This document shows, one piece after another, positions 11,173 to 20,832 of a DNA stretch of 64,000 nucleotides. This DNA comes from Vicinamibacterales bacterium (lineage in GTDB: Bacteria; Acidobacteriota; Vicinamibacteria; Vicinamibacterales; UBA8438), in the NCBI GenBank assembly GCA_965204175.1, contig OZ241978.1:4121330-4185329 (forward strand), written 5' to 3'. Below the pieces are notes generated by a model. The model saw only the letters and a list, made by a program, of their open reading frames with translations. It searched no databases and had not been told where the DNA came from. How positions within the stretch are numbered: the first letter of the stretch is position 1; every line of letters begins with the position of its first letter. Made by a program: the position numbers and the translations under genes.

Positions 11173-12116
11173 CGCCCAACCGCCAGGGCGATCCCGACGG
11201 TCTCCACCGCCTCCCGGGCCATCGCGTCCGCGAAGTGGATGTACTTCAACGTCGTCGCAGGATCGCGGTGTCCGAGCAGGCGGCCGATAGACAGGACGGT
11301 CTCCCCCCGCCGGAGGGCGAAGCTGGCATAGCTGTGGCGCAGGTCGTGCAGCCGGAGGCCGTGCAAGTCCGCCGCCGTGCACAGCCGCCGCCAGAAGCCG
11401 TACAGGGTATCCGTCGTCATGGGACCGTCTTCGTTCGACGCGGGAAGGATCCAGCGGCCGGTCCGGGGAAGGCGGTCGAGCACCGAGCGGGCCGGTAAAG
11501 ACAGCCAGACGGTCCGCGGACCGGTCTTGCCGTCGCGCAGGAAGAGATGGCCGGCGCGATAGTCCCTCCAGTGGAGCGTCCGGATCTCGCCCTGGCGGCA
11601 GCCCGTCAGCAGCAGCAGACGGACGGCCGCCGCCGGCGCCGGCGCGGCGCCCTCCCGCGCGGCCAGTGCCGCGCCGAGTCGGCGGTATTCGTCGAGGGTC
11701 AGGAATCGTTCGCGGCCCCGCCGCCGATAGCGCCGGATGCCCAGGCACGGATTGCCGCCCTCCGGCCGATACCCGTGGATCTCGGCGTGGCGCAGGATCG
11801 CCGAGAGTATCGGCAGCGACCGGTCGGCCGCGGCCGGCGTCGCGTGCAGGGAAGCGAACCAACGCTGCACGTGAGCGCGCGTGACATCGGCGATGGGACG
11901 GCCGCGGAACCCCGGCAGGATCTGATTGGCGAGATACGACCGATTGACCGCCAGGGTTCCCGGTTTCCAGACACGCGCGTAGTGGCGGAAAGCCTCTTCG
12001 GCGACCGTCTCGAAAACCGTTTCTCTGCCGGCGGCCGACGAGGCGTCAGGGTGAATGTGAACCGCAACGGTGGTCATGAGTGCTTTCTCCGGAACTTCCG
12101 GGCGACGGCGCGTCAA
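11169..12116 (-). CDS. Tyrosine recombinase/integrase (no obvious arm-binding domain)
   Basis: LTGCRQGE, DGKTG, HDLRH, LLGH, TTLKY; start uncertain (12116 or 12077). Confidence 0.88.
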   Translation of the reverse strand: MTRRRPEVPEKALMTTVAVHIHPDASSAAGRETVFETVAEEAFRHYARVWKPGTLAVNRSYLANQILPGFRGRPIADVTRAHVQRWFASLHATPAAADRSLPILSAILRHAEIHGYRPEGGNPCLGIRRYRRRGRERFLTLDEYRRLGAALAAREGAAPAPAAAVRLLLLTGCRQGEIRTLHWRDYRAGHLFLRDGKTGPRTVWLSLPARSVLDRLPRTGRWILPASNEDGPMTTDTLYGFWRRLCTAADLHGLRLHDLRHSYASFALRRGETVLSIGRLLGHRDPATTLKYIHFADAMAREAVETVGIALAVGR

Positions 12117-12158
12117 GCTGGCCGTCGATGGCAGTATCGACAGCGCGCGGCGTTACCC

Positions 12159-12186
12159 TTGCTCTCGGACGGAACCGTGATATGGT
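12159..12186 (+). promoter_or_regulatory. Promoter for vapBC, probably leaderless
   Basis: TTGCTC-16 bp-TATGGT with an extended TG, 7 nt before ATG 12194; no Shine-Dalgarno. Confidence 0.5.
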
Positions 12187-12193
12187 TTTCCAT

Positions 12194-12430
12194 ATGAAGA
12201 CGACGCTCAACATCGACGACTCGGTGATGCAGCGCCTGCGGGAAGAGGCGGCCCGCCGTGGAACGACGATGTCGGCGCTCGTCGAGGCGGGGCTCCGGCG
12301 CGTGCTGGCCGAGCCCGAGGCCGCCCGGCAACCCGAGATCCTGCCCCCACTACCGTCATGGAACGGCGGTGGGGAACTTGTCGACATCTCGGATCGCGAT
12401 GCTCTCTACAGGGCGATGGAAGAGGAATGA
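12194..12430 (+). CDS. vapB: VapB-like RHH antitoxin
   Basis: MKTTLNIDDSVMQRLREEAARRGTTMSALVEAGLR. Confidence 0.85.
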   Translation: MKTTLNIDDSVMQRLREEAARRGTTMSALVEAGLRRVLAEPEAARQPEILPPLPSWNGGGELVDISDRDALYRAMEEE

Positions 12431-12431
12431 C

Positions 12432-12872
12432 GTGCTGTTGTTCGACACCAACGTACTGCTGTACGCCGCCAACAGAGATTCGACGTTGCATCGTCCGTGC
12501 CGCCAGCGGCTCGGAGAAGCGCGTCGCGACCCGTCCCCGGCGTTTCTCACCTGGAGCGTCTGCTACGAGTTCCTGCGGGTGGCCACGCACCCTCGCGTAC
12601 TCCCGTCACCCTGGAAAGCGCGCGATGCATGTCGCTTCGTGTCGGACCTGCTCGCGTCGCCGGGATTCGATCTGCTGATTGCGACGCCGCGGCATCAGTC
12701 AGTGCTGGCGCAGACCCTGTCCGAGCTGCCCGACCTCCGCGGCAACGTGATGCACGACGTGCACACGGCGGTGCTGATGCGCGAGCACGGCATCAGCCGG
12801 ATCTGTACTCGCGACACCCACTTTCGTCGGTTTCCGTTCCTCACGGTCGTCGACCCGTTGAGCACGTCGTGA
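12432..12872 (+). CDS. vapC: VapC PIN-domain toxin
   Basis: FDTNVLLYA, CYEFLRVATHPR, GNVMHDVHTA, TRDTHF. Confidence 0.88.
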   Translation: MLLFDTNVLLYAANRDSTLHRPCRQRLGEARRDPSPAFLTWSVCYEFLRVATHPRVLPSPWKARDACRFVSDLLASPGFDLLIATPRHQSVLAQTLSELPDLRGNVMHDVHTAVLMREHGISRICTRDTHFRRFPFLTVVDPLSTS

Positions 12873-12950
12873 GACCGGCGATGCCCGCGCCCGGCGAATG
12901 ATGTATTCCGTCGCTACGGCCGCCGCTGGCGTGAAGATTGCTTCATCAAC

Positions 12951-12964
12951 GATTGCATGCAATC
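12951..12964. promoter_or_regulatory. Palindromic operator upstream of the fitA-like antitoxin
   Basis: Perfect palindrome GATTGCATGCAATC, flanked by repeated TCATCAACGA. Confidence 0.55.
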
Positions 12965-12991
12965 ATCAACGAAGGCGGCACGAGGAGGCAG

Positions 12992-13234
12992 ATGGCAAGC
13001 ATCACGATCCGCAACCTGTCGGCGGAATCGAAGATCAGGCTCAAGCGAAGCGCCGAGGAACGCGGCTGCAGCCTCGAAGCCTTGGCACGGTCGATCCTCG
13101 ATCAGGCCGCCGAGCAGGCCCCGGCTGCGAACAGATTTCCGCACAACCTGATTGCGCTCGTCGAGCCCGGTGAAGACATCGAGCCGTTCATCCGCGAACA
13201 CAGACACCCACCGGAACCGGTGGACCTGACGTGA
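12992..13234 (+). CDS. FitA-like RHH antitoxin
   Basis: MASITIRNLSAESKIRLKRSAEERGCSLEALARSIL; GAGGAGG RBS. Confidence 0.85.
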   Translation: MASITIRNLSAESKIRLKRSAEERGCSLEALARSILDQAAEQAPAANRFPHNLIALVEPGEDIEPFIREHRHPPEPVDLT

Positions 13235-13644
13235 TCCTGGTCGATACCAATGTCCTGTCGGAACTGACCAGACCGGAGCCGGCAACCCGAGTGGTCGCGT
13301 GGCTTGAAGTCAACGAGCCGGCGCTTGCGGTCCCTGCGATGGCGCTGGCCGAACTGCGGTACGGGATCGCACGGCTGCCCCAAGGCCGACGGCGATCCAG
13401 CCTGCTGCGCTTCTGGCAGACGACATGCGACCAGTTCCGAGGCCGGATCTTCTCGTTCGATCGCCGCGCCGCCGAGGTGTACGGAGACGTGGCAGCCGCC
13501 GCGGAGCGGGCGGGCCGACGACTCAACATCCAGGATGCACAGATCGCAGCGACCGCATTGGTGCACCGCATGCCCATCGCGACGCGCAATGTCAGCGACT
13601 TCGAGGCTGCCGGTGTCGCAATCGTGAATCCCTGGGACTGCTGA
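13231..13644 (+). CDS. vapC: FitB/VapC PIN-domain toxin
   Basis: MILVDTNVLSEL, AELRYG, DAQIAATA, ATRNVSDF..NPW; GTGA overlap. Confidence 0.9.
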   Translation: MILVDTNVLSELTRPEPATRVVAWLEVNEPALAVPAMALAELRYGIARLPQGRRRSSLLRFWQTTCDQFRGRIFSFDRRAAEVYGDVAAAAERAGRRLNIQDAQIAATALVHRMPIATRNVSDFEAAGVAIVNPWDC

Positions 13645-13692
13645 CGGATTCCGCCGGACAGGCACTCCTCGACCCAGTGAGGCCGAACCCGC

Positions 13693-16662
13693 ATGTGCAG
13701 GAAACTGATCGAAGTCGCGCTACCGCTGGATGCCATCAACGCGGCTGCGGCGCGGGAGAAGTCCATCCGCCACGGCCATCCGTCGACGCTGCACCTGTGG
13801 TGGGCGCGGCGGCCGCTGGCGGCGGCGCGCGCCGTGATCTTCGCGCAGATGGTCGACGACCCATCCGAGTACGTCGACGTGCTGCTGTCGGACCCGGCGA
13901 AGAAGCGGGCTGCCCAACGGGTTCTGAAGAAGCGTCGAGGGGAGACTGGCGACCGGCACGCGCTTGCCGACACGGCGGCAAAGCTCGAACGCGAGCGTCT
14001 GTTCGGGATCCTCGAAGAACTGGTCAAGTGGGAAAACACGACCAACGAGGACGTGTTGAGGAGGGCGCGCACGGAGATCTGGCAGAGTTGGCGGCGGGCC
14101 TGTGCCGAGCACGTCGATCATCCGCGCGCCGCGGAGTTGTTCGACCGGCACACGCTCCCCGCGTTTCACGATCCGTTCGCCGGCGGCGGCTCGCTGCCCC
14201 TCGAAGCCCAGCGACTGGGCCTCGAAGCACACGCCAGCGATCTGAATCCGGTGGCGGTGCTGATCAACAAGGCGATGGTCGAAATTCCGCCGAAGTTCGC
14301 CGGCCGGCCGCCGGTGAACCCAGTGGCGCGGAACGAACGGACGGTCGTTGCCCGGACGTGGCGGGGCGCGCAGGGGCTGGCCGACGACGTGCGGCACTAC
14401 GGCCGGTGGATGCGCGACGAGGCGGCGAAACGGATAGGCCATCTGTACCCGCCGGTCGAGATCACGCCGGAGATGGTGCGGGAGCGGCCCGATCTGAAGC
14501 CGTATGAAGGCCGCAAGCTGACGGTCATCGCTTGGCTTTGGGCGCGGACGGTGAAGAGTCCGAACCCGGCCTTCGCTGATGTGGACGTGCCGCTCGCATC
14601 GACGTTCATGCTGTCGACGAAACAGGGCAAGGAGGCGTACGTCGAGCCGGTGATCGAAGGGCGGGGCTACCAGTTTGAAGTGAAAGTCGGTGCGCCCCCG
14701 GATGTAGACGCCGCCAAGGCCGGGACCAAGCTGTCGCGCGGGGCGAACTTTCAGTGCCTGATGTCGGGTTCGCCGATTGCTGGCGATTACATCAAGGCCG
14801 AGGGGCAGGCGAAACGGTTGGGCGCCCGGCTGATGGCCATCGTGGCGGAAGGTGATCGTGGTCGCGTCTACTTGGCCCCGACTACAGAGCATGAAGATGC
14901 CGCCGGGATCGCGATTCCCGAATGGCATCCTGACGGTGATGTTCCGGCACGTCTGACCGGCGGAACATGTGTGCCATACGGGTTATCAACGTGGGGCGAC
15001 CTCTTCACTCGTCGCCAACTCGTCGCCCTGACGACCTTCTCCGACCTGGTAGGCGAGGCGACCGAGCGCGTCCGGCGAGACGCTGTCGCGGCGGGATTTC
15101 CCAACGACAACCGACCGCTGCGTGACGGCGCCACAGGCGCGACGGCCTGCGCGGACGCGGTAGCGGTGTATTTGGCTTGTGTGGTCTCAAAGGTCTCAAA
15201 CGTCAACTCGTCGATTGCTTCATGGATGAGCGATCGCGGTGCTTTCCGGGAGACTTTCGCCCGACAAGCCATCCCCATGGTGTGGGATTTTGCCGAGGCG
15301 AATCCGCTTGCAGATGTTGGGGGCAGTTTAGCGGCCGCCCTTACCAAAGGGGCGATGGTGATCGATGCTTTTCCTACACGGACACTTGGATGGAGTGGTC
15401 AACAAGACGCAGCAAGTCAAACAACCACGTCCGGCATGCTGGTATCTACGGATCCACCGTACTACGATAACATCGGGTACGCTGACCTCTCGGACTTCTT
15501 TTACGTCTGGCTGCGCCGGTCATTGAAGCCTGTGTTCCCAGAGCTCTTCGCCACGCTCACGGTGCCGAAGGCCGAGGAACTGGTGGCGACACCGTACCGC
15601 CACGGGAGCAAGAAGGAGGCCGAAGCGTTCTTCCTCGACGGCATGACGCAGGCGCTGCACCGGCTAGCGCAACAGGCACACCCCGGCTTCCCCATCACGG
15701 TCTACTACGCCTTCAAGCAATCCGAGGCGAGGGGGGACACTGGAACTGCCAGTACTGGTTGGGAAACGTTCCTTGATGCCGCGATCCGGTCCGGCTTCGA
15801 GATCACCGGCACTTGGCCGATGCGGACCGAGGGAGCCGGCAGAATCATCGCAAGAGACGCAAACGCCTTGGCCTCCAGCATCGTCCTCGTCTGTCGCCGC
15901 CGCCCCGCCGACGCGCCATCCGCCACCCGGCGGGAGTGCGTGACCGCCCTCCGGTCTGAAATCCCGCCCGCACTCCACCTCCTCCAGACTGGCAACATCG
16001 CCCCCGTCGACCTCGCGCAGGCCGCGATCGGCCCCGGCATGGCCGTATACACCCGTTACGCGAAGGTGCTCGACGCAGCCGGCAACCCGATGTCGGTACG
16101 CGAGGCGCTGGCGCTGATCAACCAGATTCTCGACGAGGTGCTCGCCGAGCAGGAGGGCGACTTCGACGCCGACAGCCGCTGGGCGTTGGAGTGGTTCGAT
16201 CAGTACGGCTTCCAGGCAGGCGCCTACGGCGACGCCGAAATACTCTCCAAGGCGAAGAACACCGCCGTAGCGGGAATGGTGGAGGCGGGTATCCTGAAAT
16301 CGCGGGCCGGAAAGGTGCAGCTCCTGCGACCGGCGGAGTTGCCTCCCGACTGGAATCCCGAGACGGACGTGCGGTTGACTGCGTGGGAGATGGTCCATCA
16401 CCTGATCCGTGTGCTGGAGGGAGACGGCGAAGAGGCGGCGGCGGCGCTCGTCGGCAAGCTCGGCGGCCGGGCGGAGGTCGCACGCGAGTTGTGCTACCGG
16501 CTGTATGCGCTGTGCGAGCGCCGCAAGCGCGCGGCGGAGGCCCTGGCCTACAACGGGCTCGTGCAGAGCTGGCCGGAGATCAGCCGCCTCGCCGTCGCGG
16601 GCGGCACGGAACAGGGCGGCCTGTTCGGCGACGACGCCGGGGACGTTGGAGAGGAAGCGTGA
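13693..16662 (+). CDS. DUF1156 adenine-specific DNA methyltransferase, full length
   Basis: [16 protein letters not shown] (SAM binding), STDPPYYDN (catalytic), YYAFKQ; 989 aa. Confidence 0.92.
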   Translation: MCRKLIEVALPLDAINAAAAREKSIRHGHPSTLHLWWARRPLAAARAVIFAQMVDDPSEYVDVLLSDPAKKRAAQRVLKKRRGETGDRHALADTAAKLERERLFGILEELVKWENTTNEDVLRRARTEIWQSWRRACAEHVDHPRAAELFDRHTLPAFHDPFAGGGSLPLEAQRLGLEAHASDLNPVAVLINKAMVEIPPKFAGRPPVNPVARNERTVVARTWRGAQGLADDVRHYGRWMRDEAAKRIGHLYPPVEITPEMVRERPDLKPYEGRKLTVIAWLWARTVKSPNPAFADVDVPLASTFMLSTKQGKEAYVEPVIEGRGYQFEVKVGAPPDVDAAKAGTKLSRGANFQCLMSGSPIAGDYIKAEGQAKRLGARLMAIVAEGDRGRVYLAPTTEHEDAAGIAIPEWHPDGDVPARLTGGTCVPYGLSTWGDLFTRRQLVALTTFSDLVGEATERVRRDAVAAGFPNDNRPLRDGATGATACADAVAVYLACVVSKVSNVNSSIASWMSDRGAFRETFARQAIPMVWDFAEANPLADVGGSLAAALTKGAMVIDAFPTRTLGWSGQQDAASQTTTSGMLVSTDPPYYDNIGYADLSDFFYVWLRRSLKPVFPELFATLTVPKAEELVATPYRHGSKKEAEAFFLDGMTQALHRLAQQAHPGFPITVYYAFKQSEARGDTGTASTGWETFLDAAIRSGFEITGTWPMRTEGAGRIIARDANALASSIVLVCRRRPADAPSATRRECVTALRSEIPPALHLLQTGNIAPVDLAQAAIGPGMAVYTRYAKVLDAAGNPMSVREALALINQILDEVLAEQEGDFDADSRWALEWFDQYGFQAGAYGDAEILSKAKNTAVAGMVEAGILKSRAGKVQLLRPAELPPDWNPETDVRLTAWEMVHHLIRVLEGDGEEAAAALVGKLGGRAEVARELCYRLYALCERRKRAAEALAYNGLVQSWPEISRLAVAGGTEQGGLFGDDAGDVGEEA
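15982..16062 (+). repeat. Inverted repeat arm R (pairs with 7527-7607)
   Basis: Same 81-bp segment inside the full-length DUF1156 gene. Confidence 0.85.
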
Positions 16663-16696
16663 CCGCCGCCGCGCGCCGCCGGCGGGGGAGCTGTCC

Positions 16697-18257
16697 ATGT
16701 CGTTGATGTCTCGGGAGCTGCACCAGGTCTGGGACGCGCTGCGCGCCAGCAAGGGGGAGCGCGACGAGGCGCTGGCGGAAGTCCGCATCCAGAAGCTGCG
16801 CGGCATTCGGGATCTCCGCTTCACGTTCGAGTATCCGGTCTGCGTCCTCGCCGGACCGAACGGCTGCGGCAAGTCGACCGTGCTGTTCGCCTGCGCCTGC
16901 GCGTACGACGTGCCCGGACGGCCGGCACGCGACTTCGCCCCGGGCACCTTGTTTCCGGACTTCACCAGCCGGCAGCAGGACGTATCGTCCGATGCGGTGC
17001 AGGAGACCGATATCGAGTTCCACTACCTGCACCGGGGCGAACGGGTCTCCATGTCCTGGAGGCGCCGCCGGTCGTGGAGACAACACTTCACCAGCCGCAA
17101 CGGCGAACGACAGCCGCAACGGCCCGTCTACTGCGCACCCTCGCCAAACCTCACCAACCCCTCCGAGGTGCGCAGCCTGCTGCGGCTCGGCCGCCGGCAG
17201 GTGCGCGCCGCGGCGTCCGACGCCGAGCTGCTGACCTTCGCCCACCGCATCCTGCCGTGGCGCTACCGCGGCCTGTCGGTCATCAGCGGACCGGAGAACG
17301 ACCTGCTGTTCGCCGAGATCGAGGACCCCGGACGGACGCGCTATTCCGAGTTCCGCATGTCCTCGGGAGAACGGCCGATCCTGCGGATCTCCAAGGAGGT
17401 CGCGCGGCTCGACGCGGCACTGGTCCTCATCGACGAGATAGACACCGGCCTGCATACCTACACGCAGCAGCAGGCGATGCTCGAACTGCAGCGCAGCGCG
17501 CTGCGCCGCAACCTGCAGATCATCGTGGCGTCGCACAGCCCGGTCATCCTCGACAGCGTGCCGGCGGAGGCCCGGATATTCCTCGATCGCGACGACGACA
17601 CCGGAGAGGTGCGCCGCGTGCCGGCCCATCGCGACCTCTTCCAGAAGGCGCTGTACGGCGCCTCGCAGGGCCAGCTCTCCATACTGTGCGAGGACGCGGT
17701 CGCCGAGGGCGTGATTCGCGGTGTGCTCGACGTGCTGAACGTCGAGCTGGAGCTGCAGCACGGCGACGTCGTCATCGGGCGCAATTCGGGGCGGGACGAG
17801 TTCCCGGGACACGTCCGCACGCTGTCGAAGTTTCGACCGGCTGTCCAACTTCATCCTGGTCCTCGACGGCGACTCGCGGGGGCTGGAGGAAGAACTGCAT
17901 GCCATTGCCCAGCGGCACGGACAAGCCGTGCACGTGTTGTTCCTGCCGGGCGACGGCCCGCCGGAGCAGTGGTTGTGGGACACCGTGCGAGAACAACCGG
18001 ACGCGTATGCGGAACGTCTCGGGCTGAGCGCGGCCGACATGGAGCGATCGATGCGCCACTTCGAGCGCCTGGTCGACGGCGCCGTGCAGCAACGGGAGGA
18101 CATGGCCAAGGTCGCCATCCGGTCCCTGGCGCACCGGCTCCAGCGCATGGTCCCGGACGTCGCCCGCATCGTCGGCCGGCACGAAGCGCGGCCGGAAGCG
18201 CTGTACGAGCTGGTGTACGGGCTGAAGAAACTGATCGAGCAGTGGCGGCGATTGTGA
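16697..18257 (+). pseudogene. ABC/AAA ATPase with TOPRIM-like C-terminus (OLD-like nuclease), frameshifted
   Basis: GPNGCGKST, MSSGE, LIDEIDTGLH, ASHS, ILCED. A frame change near 17832 continues as RLSNFILVLDGD...EQWRRL to the stop at 18257. Confidence 0.75.
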
Positions 18258-18291
18258 CGCTCGAGGACCCGCCCGGCATCGTCGCGTCAGG

Positions 18292-18474
18292 CTACTCGCG
18301 TTCGAAACCGTGGCTGTCGAACTTCAACGTCCGGCTGTTCTCGGTCACCGTTCTCACCACGTGATCCGGCGCGCTGGCGGGAATGTCCGCCTCAATGTCC
18401 AGCGTCACCGGCACGTTGGCCTCCACAAGAACCGCCAAGTGCGTGATCACCTCGTCGGCGATGCGATCGGCGTC
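18292..18474 (-). repeat. Duplicated 3' end of the DUF499 gene (direct repeat of 31905-32087)
   Basis: Ungapped 183 bp, 22 mismatches counted by hand (~88%); encodes DADRIADEVITHL...SHGFERE*. Confidence 0.92.
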
Positions 18475-19334
18475 ATGAGACCATAGCCGACCGCGGTCCT
18501 GGCGCCGAGGCCGAGAAGGTCCAGCCCGTTCAGGAGGTGCTTCCAGGTCCACTCGAACGCGCGCCGCCGTTTATCGGCCTCGCTGGCGTCGCAGAGCAAC
18601 CGCACCAGGAATCGCGCGCCGGCGGACACCGTGAGAAACGGTACGGGATTGGGAGAATCCCAGTCGACCGGTCCCTCGCTCCCCTGCTTCCTGGCGCTCG
18701 CATCGGAAGACTCCCGATCGACCCGGTTCCTGGCGATAGCGTCGTAATACCGTTTGTAGTGAGGCGTCAGGACGTCCACGTCGAGCGTCGGGGGTTCGAC
18801 CGGATACGCGTCCAGGAAACAGACCGCGCCGCGCTGGCGCCGGTCAGAGGGCTGATGGCGCCACGAATCCTCGCTCCCCAGCCAGCGCAGCCGTTCCTCC
18901 GCCCCCCCCTCGTCGAGGAACTGTGACGCCGCCCGGCAGAGGCCCTTCAGTGATGTCGCCGGCAAGTAGGGCACACCCGCCACGCGGTCGAACGTCAAGC
19001 CGTTCTCCAGCGGGTGATCCGCGCCGAGCCCTATGGCGAGCCGCGCTTCCGTCCGCACCGTTCGCTCCTCGATATCGGCGCCCGCAGGCGCGGCGCGCTG
19101 CCTGGCGCGGATGCGATCGAGCAACTCCCCGCCGGCGGCCACATGCTTGTTGTACTCGTTCACGAACGTGCGCAACGCCAGCTCGACAGGTTTCTGTACC
19201 GTTCGTCCGGGCGGATCCCAAAACCGGCCGTAGCGCTCGAACACTAGGCCGGCGTGCGCTCCTGCCGGCAGGGCTGTCGAACCGAACAAGCTCGCTATTG
19301 CCGACCGCTGGTTGACGGGCGGTAGATCAGCCAT
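18447..19334 (-). CDS. cmr6: Type III-B Cmr6 RAMP
   Basis: RLAIGLG..PLENGLTFD..GVPYLPATSLKG, FLDAYP, DVLTPHY, PNPVPFLTV, GLGARTAVGYG. Confidence 0.93.
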   Translation of the reverse strand: MADLPPVNQRSAIASLFGSTALPAGAHAGLVFERYGRFWDPPGRTVQKPVELALRTFVNEYNKHVAAGGELLDRIRARQRAAPAGADIEERTVRTEARLAIGLGADHPLENGLTFDRVAGVPYLPATSLKGLCRAASQFLDEGGAEERLRWLGSEDSWRHQPSDRRQRGAVCFLDAYPVEPPTLDVDVLTPHYKRYYDAIARNRVDRESSDASARKQGSEGPVDWDSPNPVPFLTVSAGARFLVRLLCDASEADKRRRAFEWTWKHLLNGLDLLGLGARTAVGYGLMTPIASPTR

Positions 19335-19779
19335 CGCTCCGCCCTGTTCGTTCGTTCCGTTCCCTGTCCTTCGAGGGCGCGGCGTCCAGCGCTGCGGCGA
19401 GGATCTTCGCTTGGTCGAGAAGCGCCACCGCCTCCGCCTGGACGGCACGGTAGCTTGCGTTGTCTGCTTCGAGACACCAGTCGAGCAGTTGGTGGTCGAC
19501 GTTCGGTTCCTGCCGATCGCGTTCCAGATCCAACAGGGACATCGTCGGGCAGTCGTCGTGCGTGAGCCACTCGATGAGGAGCGTCCGCACCGTCCTGGCG
19601 GCCGCCTCCTTCTCGTCCTTCATCATCAGCGCCAAGGTGGTCGAGAGACCCAGATTGCGCACCTGGACCGGCCGCCGCTTCAGGTCCTGGGCCAGCACCT
19701 TCTTGTCCGTGCTGGCGCTGAGCCGCTGGAAAGCGAACCGCGCCCGACGACGAGACAGGCTGGCGAGGCTAGCGGACAT
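19327..19779 (-). CDS. cmr5: Type III-B Cmr5 small subunit
   Basis: Helical 150-aa protein with RARFAF, PVQVRNLGL, YRAVQAEAVALL; lies between cmr4 and cmr6. Confidence 0.8.
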   Translation of the reverse strand: MSASLASLSRRRARFAFQRLSASTDKKVLAQDLKRRPVQVRNLGLSTTLALMMKDEKEAAARTVRTLLIEWLTHDDCPTMSLLDLERDRQEPNVDHQLLDWCLEADNASYRAVQAEAVALLDQAKILAAALDAAPSKDRERNERTGRSDG

Positions 19780-20827
19780 CGTTCAGGCCCTCCTGGGTCG
19801 CCGCATCCCAGAACGTCCACCAGCACTGGCCGGCGCCGATGGTCTCGTTGCCGCCGAGCTGGATGCGCTGCAGGTGCGCAGCGTGCGCTGTGCCCAGGTA
19901 ACCGGTCGGGGTGCGCTCGCGGTCCGGCCATGCGCGGTCCAGATCCGGCGCGCCGACGAAAGCGTAGAGCAGCGTATCCGGGGGCAGCGCTTCCTCGTAC
20001 CACAGGTTGCCGCTGTATTCGCGGTCGTTCGATTCGTCCTTCCATGTGTCGGTCGTCTTGCCCGGCGTCAACTGCGTGCGCGCCGCGACCGGCAGCGTGC
20101 GGTGCGCCAGATCGAGCAGATCCTCGTCGGGGACGACGACCAGGGCGGACGGCATCTCGTGGCGTCCCAGCGCTTCGTCAGGCGCGAGCAGCCCGACGAG
20201 CTGGTTGGCGAGCGCGCCGACCATCGCCTGCTCGACGACCTGCAAGGCGTCGTAGCAGAGATCTTCGAGCACGAGCGGCCGGCCGGCCAGACTCCGGTCG
20301 GCCACCATCGCTTGGCGTTCGCGCCCGTCTCCGCCAGCGACCCCGGCCTCGCCGTCGCCGATACCGCGCGGGTTCGGACACACCCAGTTGGCGGGTAGGA
20401 CACCCTCGACGTCGAAGGCGCGGAGCTCACGTTCCAGGCGGCGGAGCACCAGCGGGCTCGTCGCGTAGAGAAAGGGCCGCTGGAGCGAGCGCACAGGGAG
20501 CGCCAGGAGCCTAGCGTCGGTGAACAGCAGGTTGCCCGCCCTCAGCTCCGTACCCTTGTTCCCCTCTTCGCCCCGTGCTTCCGCATTGCCGTCGTCCGGC
20601 GGCCCGCCCGGTTGCGGCGGTTCCGAACCGAAGAGGTCGACGACGCGCTCCTTGGCGTATTTCTCGACCACGTCGCGCGCCACCCCCTTCAGGCCGGTAC
20701 CCGGAACGAACGGCAGCCCAGTATGCGACTCGCGCGCCACGGGGAGGTCCACCGCGCCCGCGGTCTGACCCGTGCCGCAGTGCAGGGGTGAGATCGTGTA
20801 GATGCCGTACAGCCTGACGTGCTTCAT
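19769..20827 (-). CDS. cmr4: Type III-B Cmr4 RAMP (target RNase)
   Basis: SPLHCGTG, VDLPVARE (catalytic Asp present), PGTGLKG, DARLLALPVRS, LWYEEALP, QLGGNETIGAG. Confidence 0.95.
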   Translation of the reverse strand: MKHVRLYGIYTISPLHCGTGQTAGAVDLPVARESHTGLPFVPGTGLKGVARDVVEKYAKERVVDLFGSEPPQPGGPPDDGNAEARGEEGNKGTELRAGNLLFTDARLLALPVRSLQRPFLYATSPLVLRRLERELRAFDVEGVLPANWVCPNPRGIGDGEAGVAGGDGRERQAMVADRSLAGRPLVLEDLCYDALQVVEQAMVGALANQLVGLLAPDEALGRHEMPSALVVVPDEDLLDLAHRTLPVAARTQLTPGKTTDTWKDESNDREYSGNLWYEEALPPDTLLYAFVGAPDLDRAWPDRERTPTGYLGTAHAAHLQRIQLGGNETIGAGQCWWTFWDAATQEGLNDVR

Positions 20828-20832
20828 GCCGT

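Noticed and set aside
1237-15530. ATTGAAG/CTTCAAT motifs resembling I-G repeat ends (near 1238, 3601, 15522)
   Set aside because: Single occurrences inside coding sequence, with no repeat body or spacing
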